NCBI GenBank assembly: GCA_965287045.1
Contig: OZ336880.1
Span: 31,248,001 to 31,312,000 of the forward strand
Source of the DNA: Carcharhinus amblyrhynchos
Taxonomy: Eukaryota
Direction: 5' to 3'
DNA: 64,000 nt
The notes beneath the pieces were generated by a model. That model was given only the letters and a program-made list of their open reading frames with translations. It did not search any database and had not been told where the DNA came from. A program made the position numbers and the translations under genes. Within the stretch, counting starts at the first letter, position 1. Every line of letters starts with the position of its first letter. Positions 1-12,890 of the stretch are shown here, one piece after another.

Positions 1-1169
1 GGCTATGATAGAATCCATGCTAATTGGATGCATGATACACATTGAATTTCCATTTACAGTATTAAAGAATAGTTTACCAAAATCTTCCTACATCACTTGT
101 ATACCAACTGCATGTCAGTCTGCAACAAAAAAATGCACTTCAAGTGGGACAGTTTATTAGCATAGTTTATCCAGGAATTATATTTAGAACAGCAATACAA
201 TTAATTGATTTTTTTTGTACTATTCATTATCTCTTTTTTGTGTTAACTTTTGTCAACCCCCAATGTGTGTTTTTTAATTTTTCTTAAGTGTGAATTGGAG
301 TAATTTTCATGTCCTGGATTGTGTGATATTATCCATAATAGTGTTAATAAAATGTGTGAGATTGTAATTCAATTGAATTTAATTAATTGTTGAAGCCTTA
401 TTGTACTTAAATTGAAATTGACAACAGAAGTTGCTTCTAACTGGACTAGTTAATAACAAGTAACCAGTTGTACTGGCAAGAGATTTGTCTATCAAGCCTT
501 TTCTAGGAACTGAATTAAATCAAATTTATACAAATGCGCATCTCAGAGAGTCAGTTACTTAGTATTTTCTGTTATTTTGTTAATTTTAAAAGGTATTTGT
601 AGGAGTTCTATTTGATCATCACTATGTGTCACGGTCAGGATATTAGTTGAAAGCGGTAATTATTTAAATTATTTTAATTGATAATGCCAGTTTTTCATAA
701 ACTGTAATTATCTCTTCTATGTTAAACTATTCTTGGTAGAAATACAGGATGAATCGGCATGAAGAACACTGATCACAGATTTTTCACGGTTCCTTAACAA
801 TGGACCCATACAACATTGTTACTTAATCCTTTAAAGCTAAACAATGGGCTTGAAAAAAATAAAAGGATGCAATGTTCAGTATCATTGTGGGGTGCTTTAA
901 ATGAGCTTATGAAGGCCTAGCTTCATGTATTTATTATATTAAATCATGATTCAGTAGCCTAGCAGCATATTTAGATTCAGTTTTACTTAATCAAGTCTGC
1001 AAAAGAATTGACCTTATCTCATACGTTGATCTTAACAGTATGATGGACTATTTAAACCAATAGATACTAGTCAAATATTGGTTTTGCCAAGCTTGTGCAT
1101 TTGCGACATTAGTTCTTCACTCATTTAGTTATTGTACTGAGCCAGTCACTATGGCATGTTAACTGAAAG

Positions 1170-3185
1170 CCATGTGCAGTATTTGGTATTTAAGAAATTA
1201 AATATTTGACTTTATATTCAGTTTAAGTTTGCTGAGCCAGAAAGAGAAAACACTGGAAATAACCAGTAAATCTAATAGCATCGGTAGAGAGCAAAACAGC
1301 TAAGATTTCAGTTCAGTGACTCCTCAGAACAGGGAGTGCTTAGGTGCACTTCCTAAGTGCTCCTAAGCATCATTAGAGGACAAAGCAACAACTGGGAAAG
1401 TTTTGTGGTATAAGTTTGAAAGCAATATTGAAGGGATGATACTCCTGGCAAAAAGAGAACATAATTGGGACAGACAAACAAAAATGTGTCTAGTAGAGGT
1501 GTAGCCAAAAGAAAACAATCAACACCAGCAACTACACCCCCCAAAAATAATAGGTTATTATCTAAAATTGACATTAACTGTAAAATGCAGAGTCAAATGA
1601 TGAGGTGCAGTTCCTCCAGCATATATTTAGTTTCATTGGAATGGTGTTAAAAAGCCAAGAGCAGAGAGGTCAGAGTGAAATAAAATGGAGAATTAAAATT
1701 ACAGGCAACTGAAAAATTAGGGTCACACTTGCAGACTGAATGTTGGTGTTCTACAAGACCATCACCCAATTTGCATTTCATCTTCCCAGTATACACAAAC
1801 TAGCACTATGCACTGTAATTATAGTGCAAAATTGGAAGAGGCGTAAATAAATCGCTGTTTCTGATGGAAAGAGTGTTAGGGTCTTGGAGGGTGGAATGAG
1901 AGGAGATACTGGAGCAGGTGTTGTATCTCTTGCACTTACATGGAAAAGGTGGGGTGTTGTAAAGTGGATCAGAATGACAAGGACTGATGGAAGTTGCATC
2001 AAAAGGCTGAAAGGGCAAGTGTAGATTCGTTTGGCAATGGCATCGCACTGGAGATGGCAGAGGATGACCTGTTGAATATGGAAGCTGGTGGGACAGAAGG
2101 TAAGATCTAGGAGAATCCCATTGTGCTCCTGGGAAGTGGCCCACTCATCAGTCATCCCACCTACATCAATTCACCTTACCATGCAAACACAGCAGGTGTA
2201 GCACTTGCTCTTTTTTTCCCTCCTCCCTTCTCAGTGTTGAAGACTCCTTTTGGTGAAACTGCAATTTATTTACAGTTTCAATTTAAGTTACTATACTTGC
2301 TTCTCACAATGTGGTCTTGTTTATATCATTGTGATGCACCTTGAATTAGGTGATCACCTTGTAAAACAACTCCATTGAATCCACAGACATCACCTTGAAC
2401 GTTCTGTTGCAGGCATTCAATTCTCTGCTCCATTCCCACACAAACCTTTTTGCCTCCTACATTGTTCCAGTTAAGCTCTAGGAGCAGGACTTCAGCTTTT
2501 GGCTAGGCATTGTATAGTCCTTTGGACTCACTTCAAAAATTTTGGATCATAAGCTGGAATTGACCAATCCCGCATGCTCTGCTGCCACTGCCAGCAAGAA
2601 CGGAGAATTTGTTGCTCAGTCAAATCTCCATTCACTGCAGCAGGACTGGTGAATCACAGCTGTCAGTGAGGTCAGCTGATTCCGGCCATAAACTTTGCTC
2701 CTTTTTTTGGTGGGCAGGGGTAGGAAGGTGGCAGTGGGTTACAGCTATTGGTGGTGATAGTGCTTTTTTAATTTACACCTCCAGACACTTTCCTGAATTA
2801 CTTTATTTCTTGCACTGGTGCTATCATCCCTTTTTTTTTGTCATTTTAATGTCCCTTGCCTTCAATTGTAAATGCACCTTTTCAGTTGTTTCTTTCTCCC
2901 CTCCATCCAGCACCATTTCCTTGCATTGTTTAAACACTCTTATGGGCAGGATTTTATGGCCTCATTTTAGCAAGACCAAAAATTCCATCCGAGGTCAACG
3001 GACATTTCCGTTGTCTGCCCCTCGCCCACTCCAATTCTGTGATGGGTGGGTATGGTAGAATTCTGGCATTTGTAGCTGAATGCTTCCAGTTCTGAACTGG
3101 AAGAGGACATGTGTATGTTTCCCAAATATGGCTGAGTTTTTTTGTTCTTATTTCAGATTTCCATCATTAGCTGTACTTTGCTCTT
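1170..3185. mobile_element. Old, decayed Penelope-like element with an inverted (minus then plus) GIY-YIG region
   Basis: Minus-strand 1806-2144 translates PFPCKCKRYNTC (Cys linker before GIY-YIG), and 2140-2520 is a diverged plus-strand copy of the same region. PLE terminal-type sequence at ~1240-1330 (minus) and ~3085-3185 (plus). Boundaries approximate. Confidence 0.6.
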
Positions 3186-3769
3186 ACAAGGCTAGGTCTA
3201 ATCTGTTTATGCCTAATGACATGTACCAGTTATCTTTAAGGACAATTAAAATATTGCTTGATAATTCAGACCTTGAATATTGCAGAAAAGAGAGATGTTG
3301 CTGAAGCTGTGATTTCTTTTTGGAATTTGGCATTCCTGATGAGTGCATGATGAAAAGCTTTAGCAATGCATCTCTTTTCAGTTACAATGAAGTTATTCAG
3401 CTTTTAGCAGAAAAATTGAGCCACTTGCGTGTCCGTTATTTAAGTGTCAAATCAATGAGATAAAGCTCTTGAATACCACCCATCACATTCAAAATGTATT
3501 GATCATGCCAGAGTATTTCATTGATGTTTTTTGTATTAGACAGGAAATATCTTGCTGCTCAGAGCACAATTGGTGAAGCAATGAGAGCACTACTTCTGCG
3601 TCTCATAGCAACTAAAAATAGATGTCATTTTTCTATCTTCCTATTAATTATACGGGGACATGCTTTTCTCTTTGCCTAAAGAAAGTGAAAAATATAGAGC
3701 ACAAAGAAAAAGTCTTGTCAATAAATTTTAATGGACTACTCACATGTTCAACAATAATCTGAGGAGTCC

Positions 3770-5200
3770 TAGTTATGTCACAGAAGAAGCCATGCAGCTT
3801 GGAGTCCTTGCCAGCTCTCTATCATGCAATTTAGTCAGTCCCATTTCCATTTCCCCCATCCCAACCAACCTACATCAAGTAACCCTGCTAGTTTCCTTCC
3901 CTTAAGTGCCAGTCTAGTTTCATTTTGAAATCATTGATTATCTCTGCTTCCACCTCTATCATAAGCAGGGAATTCCAGTCTATTACCAATCACTACATTT
4001 TTTAAAATGTTCTTTCTCACATTCCAGCTATATCTTTTGCACAAATCTTTTGTCTAGTTTATCTGACCCTGTCATAATCATATGCACACTTTATCATATC
4101 TCCCCTCAATCTCATTTGCCCCAAAGAGATACAAACTGCAGTTCTCCAGCCTAAATTTATAGCTGAACTCTCTCATCCATGGAACCATTCTAGTAAGTGT
4201 TCTGTGCATCATTTTAAGGAAACTTTCATCCTTCCTAATTTTGTGGTGATCAAACATGGACAAAGCTCTCTAGCAACGGCCTTACCAGATCTTTTATAAA
4301 TGTTCAGCAAAACTTTCCTGTTTGTGTACTCAGTGGCTCTATTTGTGATCCCAAGATTCTCTGTATTAATTCCATCTGACGTTTGTCTGCTCATTTGGAA
4401 CACCACTCCTATTAGAAAAACAGCTATTTTGCATGACTCGCTGTTTATTTGCCCTTAAACCAATTGTTAATCCAAGCTGATACTGGCCCGCCTATCCATG
4501 AGCTTCAAGTCTGTGGTATTAAAATCCATTTAAACAACATCCACTGCACTTTATTCATCAACATTCTCTGTTACTTCATCAAAAAATTTAATTGGATTAG
4601 TCAAGTATGATTTGCCTTTTAAAAATCCATGCTGTTTCTCCATAACTACCTAAAACCTCTCCAAGCAACTTTTCCAATGGTTTTGTTTCTAAAACCTTAT
4701 TCACCATTGCTGCTGGCCTGCAGTTACTAAATGTCCTCATATACTTTCTTGAAAAAGGGTGTCACGTTTCCCACATGTCAATACACTAGTAGCTGTCTTA
4801 TATCTAGGGAGGATTAGAACATTATGACAAGCCCTTGCATTATCTCCAGCCCCACTTCCCTAAACAGCCTGAATGCAAGCCATCTGGATTAGGTAACTTA
4901 GTTAACTGTGTTTCCAGGGCATCCTACTTATCAATATGCACCCCATCCATTTGTCACCATCCTCTTCCTTGCTAGATCCTTGCCCTATGCCTCATCATCA
5001 TCCTTGATATATATCAACTTAATTACCACTAATAGGCCCCACCACACCTCTTACTACCTGCTTACTATTGACATGCTGGAAAATTTTGGGGTTAACTTTT
5101 ATATTCAGCATCACACCAATCTTATTTTCCTCTTCACTTCTGCTCTCAACTTAGTATTTGGCCGGTTGTCACTTGATAAATTTAACCTGACGTGGTACCT
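3770..5200 (-). mobile_element. Old CR1 LINE 3' fragment
   Basis: Degenerate CR1 3'UTR at ~3770-4000 followed by decayed ORF2 C-terminal sequence on the minus strand, similar to younger CR1 copies in the window. Confidence 0.6.
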
Positions 5201-5659
5201 CTCCAAAAGTGGTTAAAAAATATTAGCCAAAAATTAAACTCTTGTTGAAAGCAAACTCTAAATTGTGGAACAGTGTAAATATGAAGGATAATGGAAAAAG
5301 CAACATCAAGTCAGAACATTACTCATGAGCTTAATGAACCAGAGAATTCCAAAAATCCTGATGCATTCCTGTTCCCAATATTTTAAATTTCCTGAATTCA
5401 GATGTAGAAATTTGCCATCCCAGAGGAGCTTAATTTCAATGGCAAAATCATGTATTAATGATAAGCATGTCCAGGAGGTTATCAATTACACGTGACCTGC
5501 TTAAAGCATACATGGTTTCCAACCTGTCAGTGAGATTTGATGTAGAAAAGATCCTAACCGGTCATTTTAAATGTGTCCTGACTGTCCCCACAATCATGCC
5601 TTTGACCTACCCTCCTTTGAAGATCCCCCTTCTCCAAATGGGGAACCGTATAGTGATAG

Positions 5660-6510
5660 AATGGTAACATCGCAGAAGGAGACTATTTGACACAGGGGTG
5701 CAAAAGAAATTCGAAGCGCCGAACAGTATGGCACTTCTCTGACAGAAATAAAGTGTGATTCTCACCAGTTTGGGGGACTGCGGAGCCTAAGCTGAGTTGA
5801 AGATGACTGCAGACTGCTTGGGGCCCAATTGCACAGGTGCCCTGATATTCCTCCTGCCATCCCACCCACCCATGGCAATACAGGTCACCGGCATCAGTAC
5901 GCGCCCAATGCGTCCCCTACCATGACCCCTCCACGAACGGCCTCATACCTGCAGCCAATCACCCCACGTCCGCAGAGCTCCCCACCCTTGCCGCCCTGTC
6001 CCTGACCATCCAGGGACTTCGATGGCCTGCTGTTGAGGCCATCACATCTGGTCTCCAATATGGGCCACCATGCAAGTCCTACCGGCAAAACAGTGCTGGT
6101 AACTTGTGTGCAGTGAGAAACCAGGCGTGAACCCAATTTTTTGTGCCACACGCAATTTTACCAGCTCACTGCGCAGATTGAATGGTGCAACAAGCTGGTA
6201 GCAGCATTCCTGTGTCAGTACCAGCTTTCTAGGAACTAGTCCCCACACTCCTGCCTTTTTTCTTTAGATAATTTTTCAATCCCTTATAAAATCCATGATA
6301 AAAACTTCTTGCTCCACTTACTCAGGCACTGCATTCCAAATCTTAACCACTTGCTGAGTAAAAATGTTTTCTTCCTGTCTTTGCATTCTTTTTCCAAGTA
6401 CTTTAAGCCAATATCCTCCTGATTCTCAATCCTTCTGCCAATGTGAACAACTTCTCTACTGACTCTGTCTCTACAGAATTTTAAAACCTCTATCAAATCT
6501 CCTTTTCAAC
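5660..6510 (-). mobile_element. CR1 3' end fragment interrupted by a GC-rich putative non-autonomous DNA element (~5688-6217)
   Basis: CR1 3' sequence at 5660-5690 and 6210-6510 (ORF 6284-6496 is CR1 ORF2-like). The GC-rich insert has only a 9-bp terminal inverted match (tgacacagg/cctgtgtca). Confidence 0.4.
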
Positions 6511-6513
6511 GGA

Positions 6514-6612
6514 TCTGTGATGGTGTTAAAAGCTAGGCTGCAGGCCTCAAAGTTTCAAACAAATGAAGAGCTTTATTGAAAGGATGCTAGCACTACTGGC
6601 TGCTAAGATGAC
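6514..6612 (-). repeat. Probable distal part of the Gypsy 3' LTR, split from the ~9350-9392 part by PLE insertions
   Basis: Minus strand contains AATAAA and ends ...accatcaCA. It lies exactly across the nested PLE insertions from the PPT-adjacent sequence. Confidence 0.4.
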
Positions 6613-6727
6613 AAAAACAGAAAACGCTGGAAAATCTCAGCAGGTCTGACAGCATCAGTGGGGAGAGAATAGAGTAAGAAGTCTGACAACACCAGGTTTA
6701 AGTCCAACCAATTTACTTGATAGTAAA

Positions 6728-6762
6728 CTCAAGCTTTCGGGGTTTGTCCTTCGTCAGGTGAA
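6728..6762 (-). ncRNA. Minimal hammerhead motif in the inverted PLE arm
   Basis: Minus strand reads TTCAC-CTGACGA-AGGACAAACCCC-GAAA-GCTT-GAG. Core boxes intact, 2-nt deletion in the stem I 3' strand. Confidence 0.6.
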
Positions 6763-9180
6763 TGGAGAGTTCTGGCCTCAGACAGAGCATATAACAGCAC
6801 AGTTTACAGATTACTGATTAGAATGCGAGTCTTTACAACTAACCTGCTATTCAAGTCTTAAAGATGCATACAATGTCAGTGGAAAGAGCATTATGCATAG
6901 GTTAAAGAGATGTGTATTGTCTCCAGACAGTACAGTAAGTGAGGATTTGCAAACCCAGGCATCATGGGGGTTACAGATAGTGCGACATGAACCCAAGATC
7001 CCGGTTGAGACTGTCCTCGTGTGTGGAACTTGGCTATCAGTCTCTGCTCAGCAACTCAGCACTGTCGTGTGTTGTGAAGGCCGCCTTGGAGTATGCTTAC
7101 CTGAAGGTCAGAGGCCAAATGCCTGTGACCGCTGAAGTGTTCACCAACAGGAAGGGAACAGTCTTGTCTGGTGATTGTCGAGCAATGTTCATTCATCCGT
7201 TGTCGTAGCGTCTGCATGGTCTCCCCAATGTACCATGCTTCAGGACATCCTTTCCTGCAGCGTATTAGGTAGACAACGTTGGCCGAGTTGCAAGAGTATG
7301 TGCCATTACCTGGTGGAAGGTGATCCAGACCTTCAGAGCACCCTCCGTGCTCTCATTCCACGAACTCCCCGCATTGGAGATCTCTACTGCCTCCCAAAGA
7401 TACACAAGGCAAACACACTCAGCCGTCCCATTGTATCGGGCAATGGGACCCTGTGCAAGAACCTCTCCGGCTATGTCAAGGGCATCCTGAAACCCATTGT
7501 ACAAAGAACCCCCAACTTTTGTCGCAACACTACGGACTTCCTACAAAAACTCAGCGCATATGGAGCTGTTGAATCAGGGACACTCCTCGTCACAATGGAT
7601 GTCTCGGCGCTCTACACCAACATCCCCCACAACGATGGCATTGCTGCAACTGCCTCAGTACTCAACGCCGACAACTGCCAGTTTCCAGGTGCAATTTTAC
7701 AGCCCATCCACTTTATCCTGGACCACAATGTCTTCACCTTCAACAGCCAGTTTTTCATCCAGACACATGGAACAGCCATGGGGACCAAATTCGTACCCCA
7801 ATATGCCAACATCTTCATGCACAGGCTCGAACAAGATGTCGTCACCGCACAAGACTTTCAACCGATGCTACACACTAGATACATCGATAACATTTTCTTC
7901 CATTGGACTCATGGTGAACAATCACTGAAACAACTAATATGATGACATCAACAAGTTCACCACCATCAGACTCACCATGGACTATTCTCTGGAATCGGTT
8001 GCATTCTTGGACACACGCATCTCCATCAAGGACGGTCACCTCAACATCTCACTGTACCACAAGCCCACAGACAACCTCACAATGCTCCACTTCTTCTCCA
8101 GCTTCCACCCTAAACACGTTAAAGAAGCCATCTCCTACAGACAAGCCCTCCATATACACAGGATCTGCTCAGATGAGGAGGATCGTGACAGACACCTCCA
8201 GACGCTGAAAGATGCCCTCATAAGAACAGAATATGGCGCTCGACTCATCGATTGACAGTTCAATCAATCACGCCACAGCGAAAAACCGCACCGACCTCCT
8301 CAGAAGGCAAACACGGGACATGGTGGACAGAGTACCCTTCGTCGTCCAGTACTTCCCCAGAGCGGAGAAGCTACGACATCTTCTCCGGAGTCTTCAACAT
8401 ATCATTGATGAAGTCGAACATCTTGCCAGGAGCATCCCCACAACCCCACTTCTTGCCTTCAAACAACCGCACAACCTCAAACAAACCATTGTTCGCAGCA
8501 AACTACCCAGCCTTCAGGAGAACAGTGACCATAACACCACACAACCCTGCCACAGCAACCTCTGCAAGATATGCCAGATCATTGACATGGATGACATCAT
8601 CACACATGAGAACACCTTCCACCAGGTACACGGCACATACACTTGCAACTCGGCCAACGTTGCCTATCTAATACACTGCAGGAAGGATGTCCCAAAGCTT
8701 GGTACATTGGGGAGACCATGCAGACGCTACGACAACAGATGAATGAACATCGCTCGACAATCACCAGGCAAGACTGTTCCCTTCCTCTTGGTGAACACTT
8801 CAGTAGTCACGGGCATTCGGCCTCTGACCTTCGGGTAAGCGTTCTCCAAGGCGGCCTTCACAACACACGCCAGCGCAGAGTCGCTGAGCAGAGACTAATA
8901 GCCAAGTTCCGCACACACGAGGACAGTCTCAACTGGGATCTTGGGTTCATGTCGCACTATCTGTAACCCCCATGATTTGCCTGGGTTTGCAAAACTTCAC
9001 TTACTGTACTCTCTGGAGACAATACACATCTCTTTAACCTATGCATAATGCTCTTTCCACTCACATTGTCAGCATCTTTAAGACTTGAATAGCAGGTTAG
9101 TTGTAAAGACTCACATTCTAATCAGTAATCTGCAAACTGTCTGTGCTGTTATATACTCTGTCTGAGGCCAGAACTCTCCA

Positions 9181-9217
9181 CTCACCCGACGAAAGGCAAA
9201 CCCCGAAAGCTTGTGAG
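9181..9217 (+). ncRNA. Minimal type I hammerhead ribozyme motif in PLE terminal repeat (core U4>C mutated)
   Basis: CTCAC-CCGACGA-AAGGCAAACCCC-GAAA-GCTT-GTGAG. Stem I CTCAC/GTGAG, CUGANGA-like box, GAAA box and palindromic AAGCTT stem III typical of PLE hammerheads. Confidence 0.65.
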
Positions 9218-9349
9218 TTTACTCTCAAATAAATTGGTTGGACTTAAACCTGGTGTTGTCAGACTTCTTACTGTGTTTACCCCAGTCCAACGCCAGCATC
9301 TCCACATCATGGGAGAGAATAGACCCAGTGTTTCGAGTCTAGATTACCC

Positions 9350-12300
9350 TTCTGTTGCAGGGAGCCACTAGAAATAACATGAATATGCAATACTTCCCCC
9401 CCCCCCCGACCTTTAAATCAAAGGTTCCTGACACCAATAACAATATAACATCAATGAACAAAAGTAGCAATATGAACAATTTATAAATGACAGTCAATAG
9501 GTCAGACATTTTGGAGGCCGTCATTCTGTGTGGTTGTTGGCAAACCTCAGGCATCTGCTTTTTTACTGCAACCTCTGGTCTTTGGCTTTGCTTGGTTTGG
9601 ATAACATCCATAGTTGTCTTAACTGGAGTTCAACATAGTATTCTGAGGTTGACTTGATATTGAAGTGTCCTCAACTGAGGGTAGTGTTAGATTCTCAGGA
9701 AGGCTCAGGTCTTCGCTAGGCACAGCTTGCTGTGGAATTTTGTTAGTTCTGTCTCTGGCAGATTGGCTCCTATTGCTAAACATTGATTTACATGTCTTCT
9801 CCATATTACATCATCTCACCTTTGTATGATGTTAGGGGACCAGTCCTGCCTGTGCTAAGATAATGGAAGGTATCTACTTTTCACATGTGTTATAGTTCCT
9901 CGCCAGAACTTCACGATCCTGATGAAAAACATGGTGTTTCACCTTGTGTTCTTGTTGTATAACTTGATTTTGCTGTTTCCTTTTCCTCAATAGTTTCTCT
10001 TATCGGGCGATTTAAGCAACAATTAACCATGAGCAAAACTGGAGCAATTTGGGTTGTTGAATGTGCAGTATTTCTGTACACCAGTAGTAATCGGCTTAAT
10101 TGTTTCAACAGTGTACTTTGCTCCCTAGCTATCTTCAATGAATGTTTCATCATCTGTACAAAGTGTTCTCAGTCCATTTCTGGTTAGATGATAAGGAGCA
10201 GATTGGATGTATTGAATCCCATTCTCCTTTAAATATCTTGTGACTTCTTGCGTAATGAACTGCGGCCCATTATCGCTCATGAGTTGTTCAGAGTAACTGA
10301 ATCTGATGAATTTCACCCACTCTTTCAAGTGCCCTTTCCAAGGACGTTGTCTTCATAATGGCAACTTCAGGCCATTTTGAGTGCACGTTAACCAGAATGG
10401 TCTGGCATTATCTATGTATACTTGTTGACAGGCCAGCTCTGGTCATTCCCATGGATATAATGGAGCTAACCATAGATTCATAGAAACCCCTACAGTGCAG
10501 AAGGAAGCCATTTGGCCCATCAAGTCTGCACCGACCACAATCCCACCCAGACCCTATCCCCATAACTCCACTTATTTATCCTGCTAATCCCCCTGATACT
10601 AAGGGGTAATTTACTATGGCCAAATCAACCTAACCCGCACATCTTTGCAGTGTGGGAGGAAACCGGAACACCCAGAGAAAACCCACACAACACAGGGAGA
10701 ATGTGCAAACTCCATGCAGTCACCCGAGGCCGGAATTGAAGCCAGGTCCCTGGCATTGTGAGGCATCAGTACTAACCACTGTGCCACCATGCCGCCCTAG
10801 CAGCAGGTTCCATAATTTTGCACAAGACAAACACCATCCCACTTTCTCCTTAATTTTGGCATCAAGCCACAGCCACCAAAAATAGCTTCTGGCTAGCTCC
10901 TTCATCCTTGCAATGCCACAGTGGCCTTTGTGCAATATTACACATGTCCGTAATAATGATGAAATGATGACTCTTTCTCAAGAGGCAAAAACCTACTTGT
11001 ATGGATAGTTCAGCTGTTCGGGTGAAATATGACTGTAATTCAGGGTTTGCTCCCAAGATCTTACCATGACTTCTGGCAGTACTGGATCATTTCTGGTATG
11101 CTTTTTAACTTGTCCTGTGGTTACAGGAGTGTAATCTATTTGCTCAAAGTAGAAAATGATTCCACACAAACTGTTTATTGATGAATCATTGAGCAATGGG
11201 GTCAGGAGAGCCCATCAGCATTCTCATGCAGGCTTGACTGAAGATACGTTGTCATCTGTGTAGGTGTTGACAACAGCAATGCCCTCCTCTGCATCCTGTT
11301 CATTGCCAGTATTATAATCCCAGTGTGTAGCCCAAATATCATTGTCAGAAAACAATGGTCCATCAATTAAGTAAATTGCCTCCAATACAGGAATTGGTAG
11401 AACTGTTGTATTTCAAAATTATTTTGTAGGGCTTCTTTCTCTGTGCATTTTTGATTTCTGTGTTATTCAAGCACCTTGATGCAAATGCCATTGGCTTCTC
11501 TTCACGTGTGGTCATAATGTGGGAAACCACCACCCCCCATCGCATAAACTGGCCATATGCCAGTTGCAAGGGTAAATTCAGATCAAACTTTGTCGCTGCT
11601 TTAGTAGTGGTCCTTAACTTGTACGAAGGTTTTTTTGCACTGATCCACTATTTTCTGTTTTTAACCTAAGTTGTGTAAGGGTTTAAGAATAGTAGGCTGA
11701 TTGGAGACAAACCTTCATAATGTAGTAAGCCCAAAACAGGTTGAAGTTGATTGACATTTTGAGGTGTGAGTGCCTCAGTAATGACTTTGACTTTTGAAGG
11801 TGATTTGTGCAGTTCCTTTGCAACTAAGACATGACCCAGATATTCACTTGAAGATTGTTAAAATTCACATTTATCTTCCCTGAATTTTAATCTGCTAATC
11901 TCTGCAATGGGGCATTTAGGTTGAAGAGATTTTTTTTCCTCATTCTTTCCAGTAACTAAGGTTTCATCCAAGTAATATGTGATGCTAAATGGTAGTCTTT
12001 TATATTCTTTTGTGTGCCATGATTGTCAGCTATTGTCGTGAGTCTGGATCCATGTTCATCTGAAGATATGCTTGACTGAGGTCAATTTTATTGAAATGTT
12101 GGCCTCCAGCCAATCCAGTGAATAAATTTTCAATCAGAAGCAAAGGATATTGCTCTGCATACAGTACAGAATTGATAATGACTTTAAAATCACCACAAAT
12201 CTGTACCAATCTGTCTGTCTTCATCTCAGGTACAAATGGCATGACCCAATCACTCATGAATTTGACTATTCCCATTTTAACCAGCCGCTCAAATTCTGTC

Positions 12301-12560
12301 TCTCCCTTGGATTTTATTGCATACAGCACTGACCTAGCCTTTAAGCATCTTGCCTTACTCACATTCTTAACCTTTTAACTTAAATGAGATATCCTTCATG
12401 TTTCCTAGTTCACCATTGAAGGCAATGGCATGTTTCTTCAAGAACTTCAGTAGGCCTGCTTTGGAATTTGTCATGAGATTTACCTTGGCAAAATTTAATC
12501 TGATCTTTTCCAGCCAGGCTCTTGCCATTAGTGCTGGATAGTTTCCTTTAACGATGTTTG
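9350..12560 (-). mobile_element. Decayed Gypsy LTR retrotransposon pol (protease C-term, RT, RNase H, integrase)
   Basis: Minus-strand fragments: IVKGNYPALMARAWLEKIRL (protease end), ICGDFK..YPL..IENLF..FNKIDLSQAYLQ (RT), EEKPMAFASRCL (RNase H), HKGHCGIARMKELARSYFWW..CLSC (integrase HHCC), SDNGPQF..SAPYH (integrase core). Poly-G PPT at ~9393-9407 (minus). Confidence 0.9.
10471..10797 (-). mobile_element. HE1-type tRNA-derived V-SINE
   Basis: Minus strand: GGCGGCATGGTGGCACAGTGGTTAG (A box), B-box-like GGCTTCAATTCC, V-domain GGGTTTTCTCTGGGTGTTCCGGTTTCCTCCCACA, CR1-like tail. Inserted in the Gypsy integrase. Confidence 0.9.
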
Positions 12561-12561
12561 A

Positions 12562-12890
12562 CGACATCTTGAAGGGACTAACTGAATACGAATTTGGATG
12601 TCTTGGACAACACCATGAGTAATAGATTAGTCTGTGGCTTAAGGAGCGAGTGGTTGTTAACAGAATGCAAATCAACCCTAAAGAAATCTTTGGAAGTTGC
12701 TGTATAAATGGAATTAGCAGCCAAAGAAACTTGGCCAAAAACCAAGGCAAACTCTCAATTGCCAATGGTGAGCGAAAATTGGGCAATCAGCGGCAAAGCG
12801 CTTGAGTGCAGGAATTTTGGCAGAAAGGCCCATGTTAAAAGTGCTTGCTGGAAAAAGAAGCAAGTTTCAGGCTAGACTTAAAGCCAAAGC
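12562..12890 (+). mobile_element. Gypsy gag fragment, inverted relative to the adjacent pol
   Basis: Plus strand: LKGLTEYEFG..LDNTMSNRLVCGLRSE..LLTE..TLKKSLEVAV*MELAAKE, then a degenerate zinc knuckle ECRNFGRKAHVKSAC at ~12804-12849. Confidence 0.75.

Larger units (their letters stand above)
6673..9310 (+). mobile_element. Penelope-like retroelement (Neptune-like), 5'-truncated RT + GIY-YIG endonuclease, with inverted 3' arm and TSD
   Basis: From 7323: LYCLPKIHK..RPIVS..MDVSALYTNI..GTAMG..RYIDNIFF (PLE RT, catalytic YIDD mutated to YIDN), Cys linker CHSNLCKIC, and GIY-YIG AYLIHC..WYIGET..MNEH ending at the 8966 stop, with several frameshifts. 6673-7322 is the reverse complement of 8613-9272. 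TSD GGGAGAGAATAG at 6661-6672 and 9311-9322. Confidence 0.93.

Noticed and set aside
7175-7322. N-terminus of the 255-aa ORF as part of the RT protein
   Set aside because: It is the antisense reading of the inverted GIY-YIG arm; real RT homology begins near 7323.
10720-10797. SINE heads as tRNA genes
   Set aside because: A/B boxes are present but continue into the V-domain and LINE tail with no complete cloverleaf.
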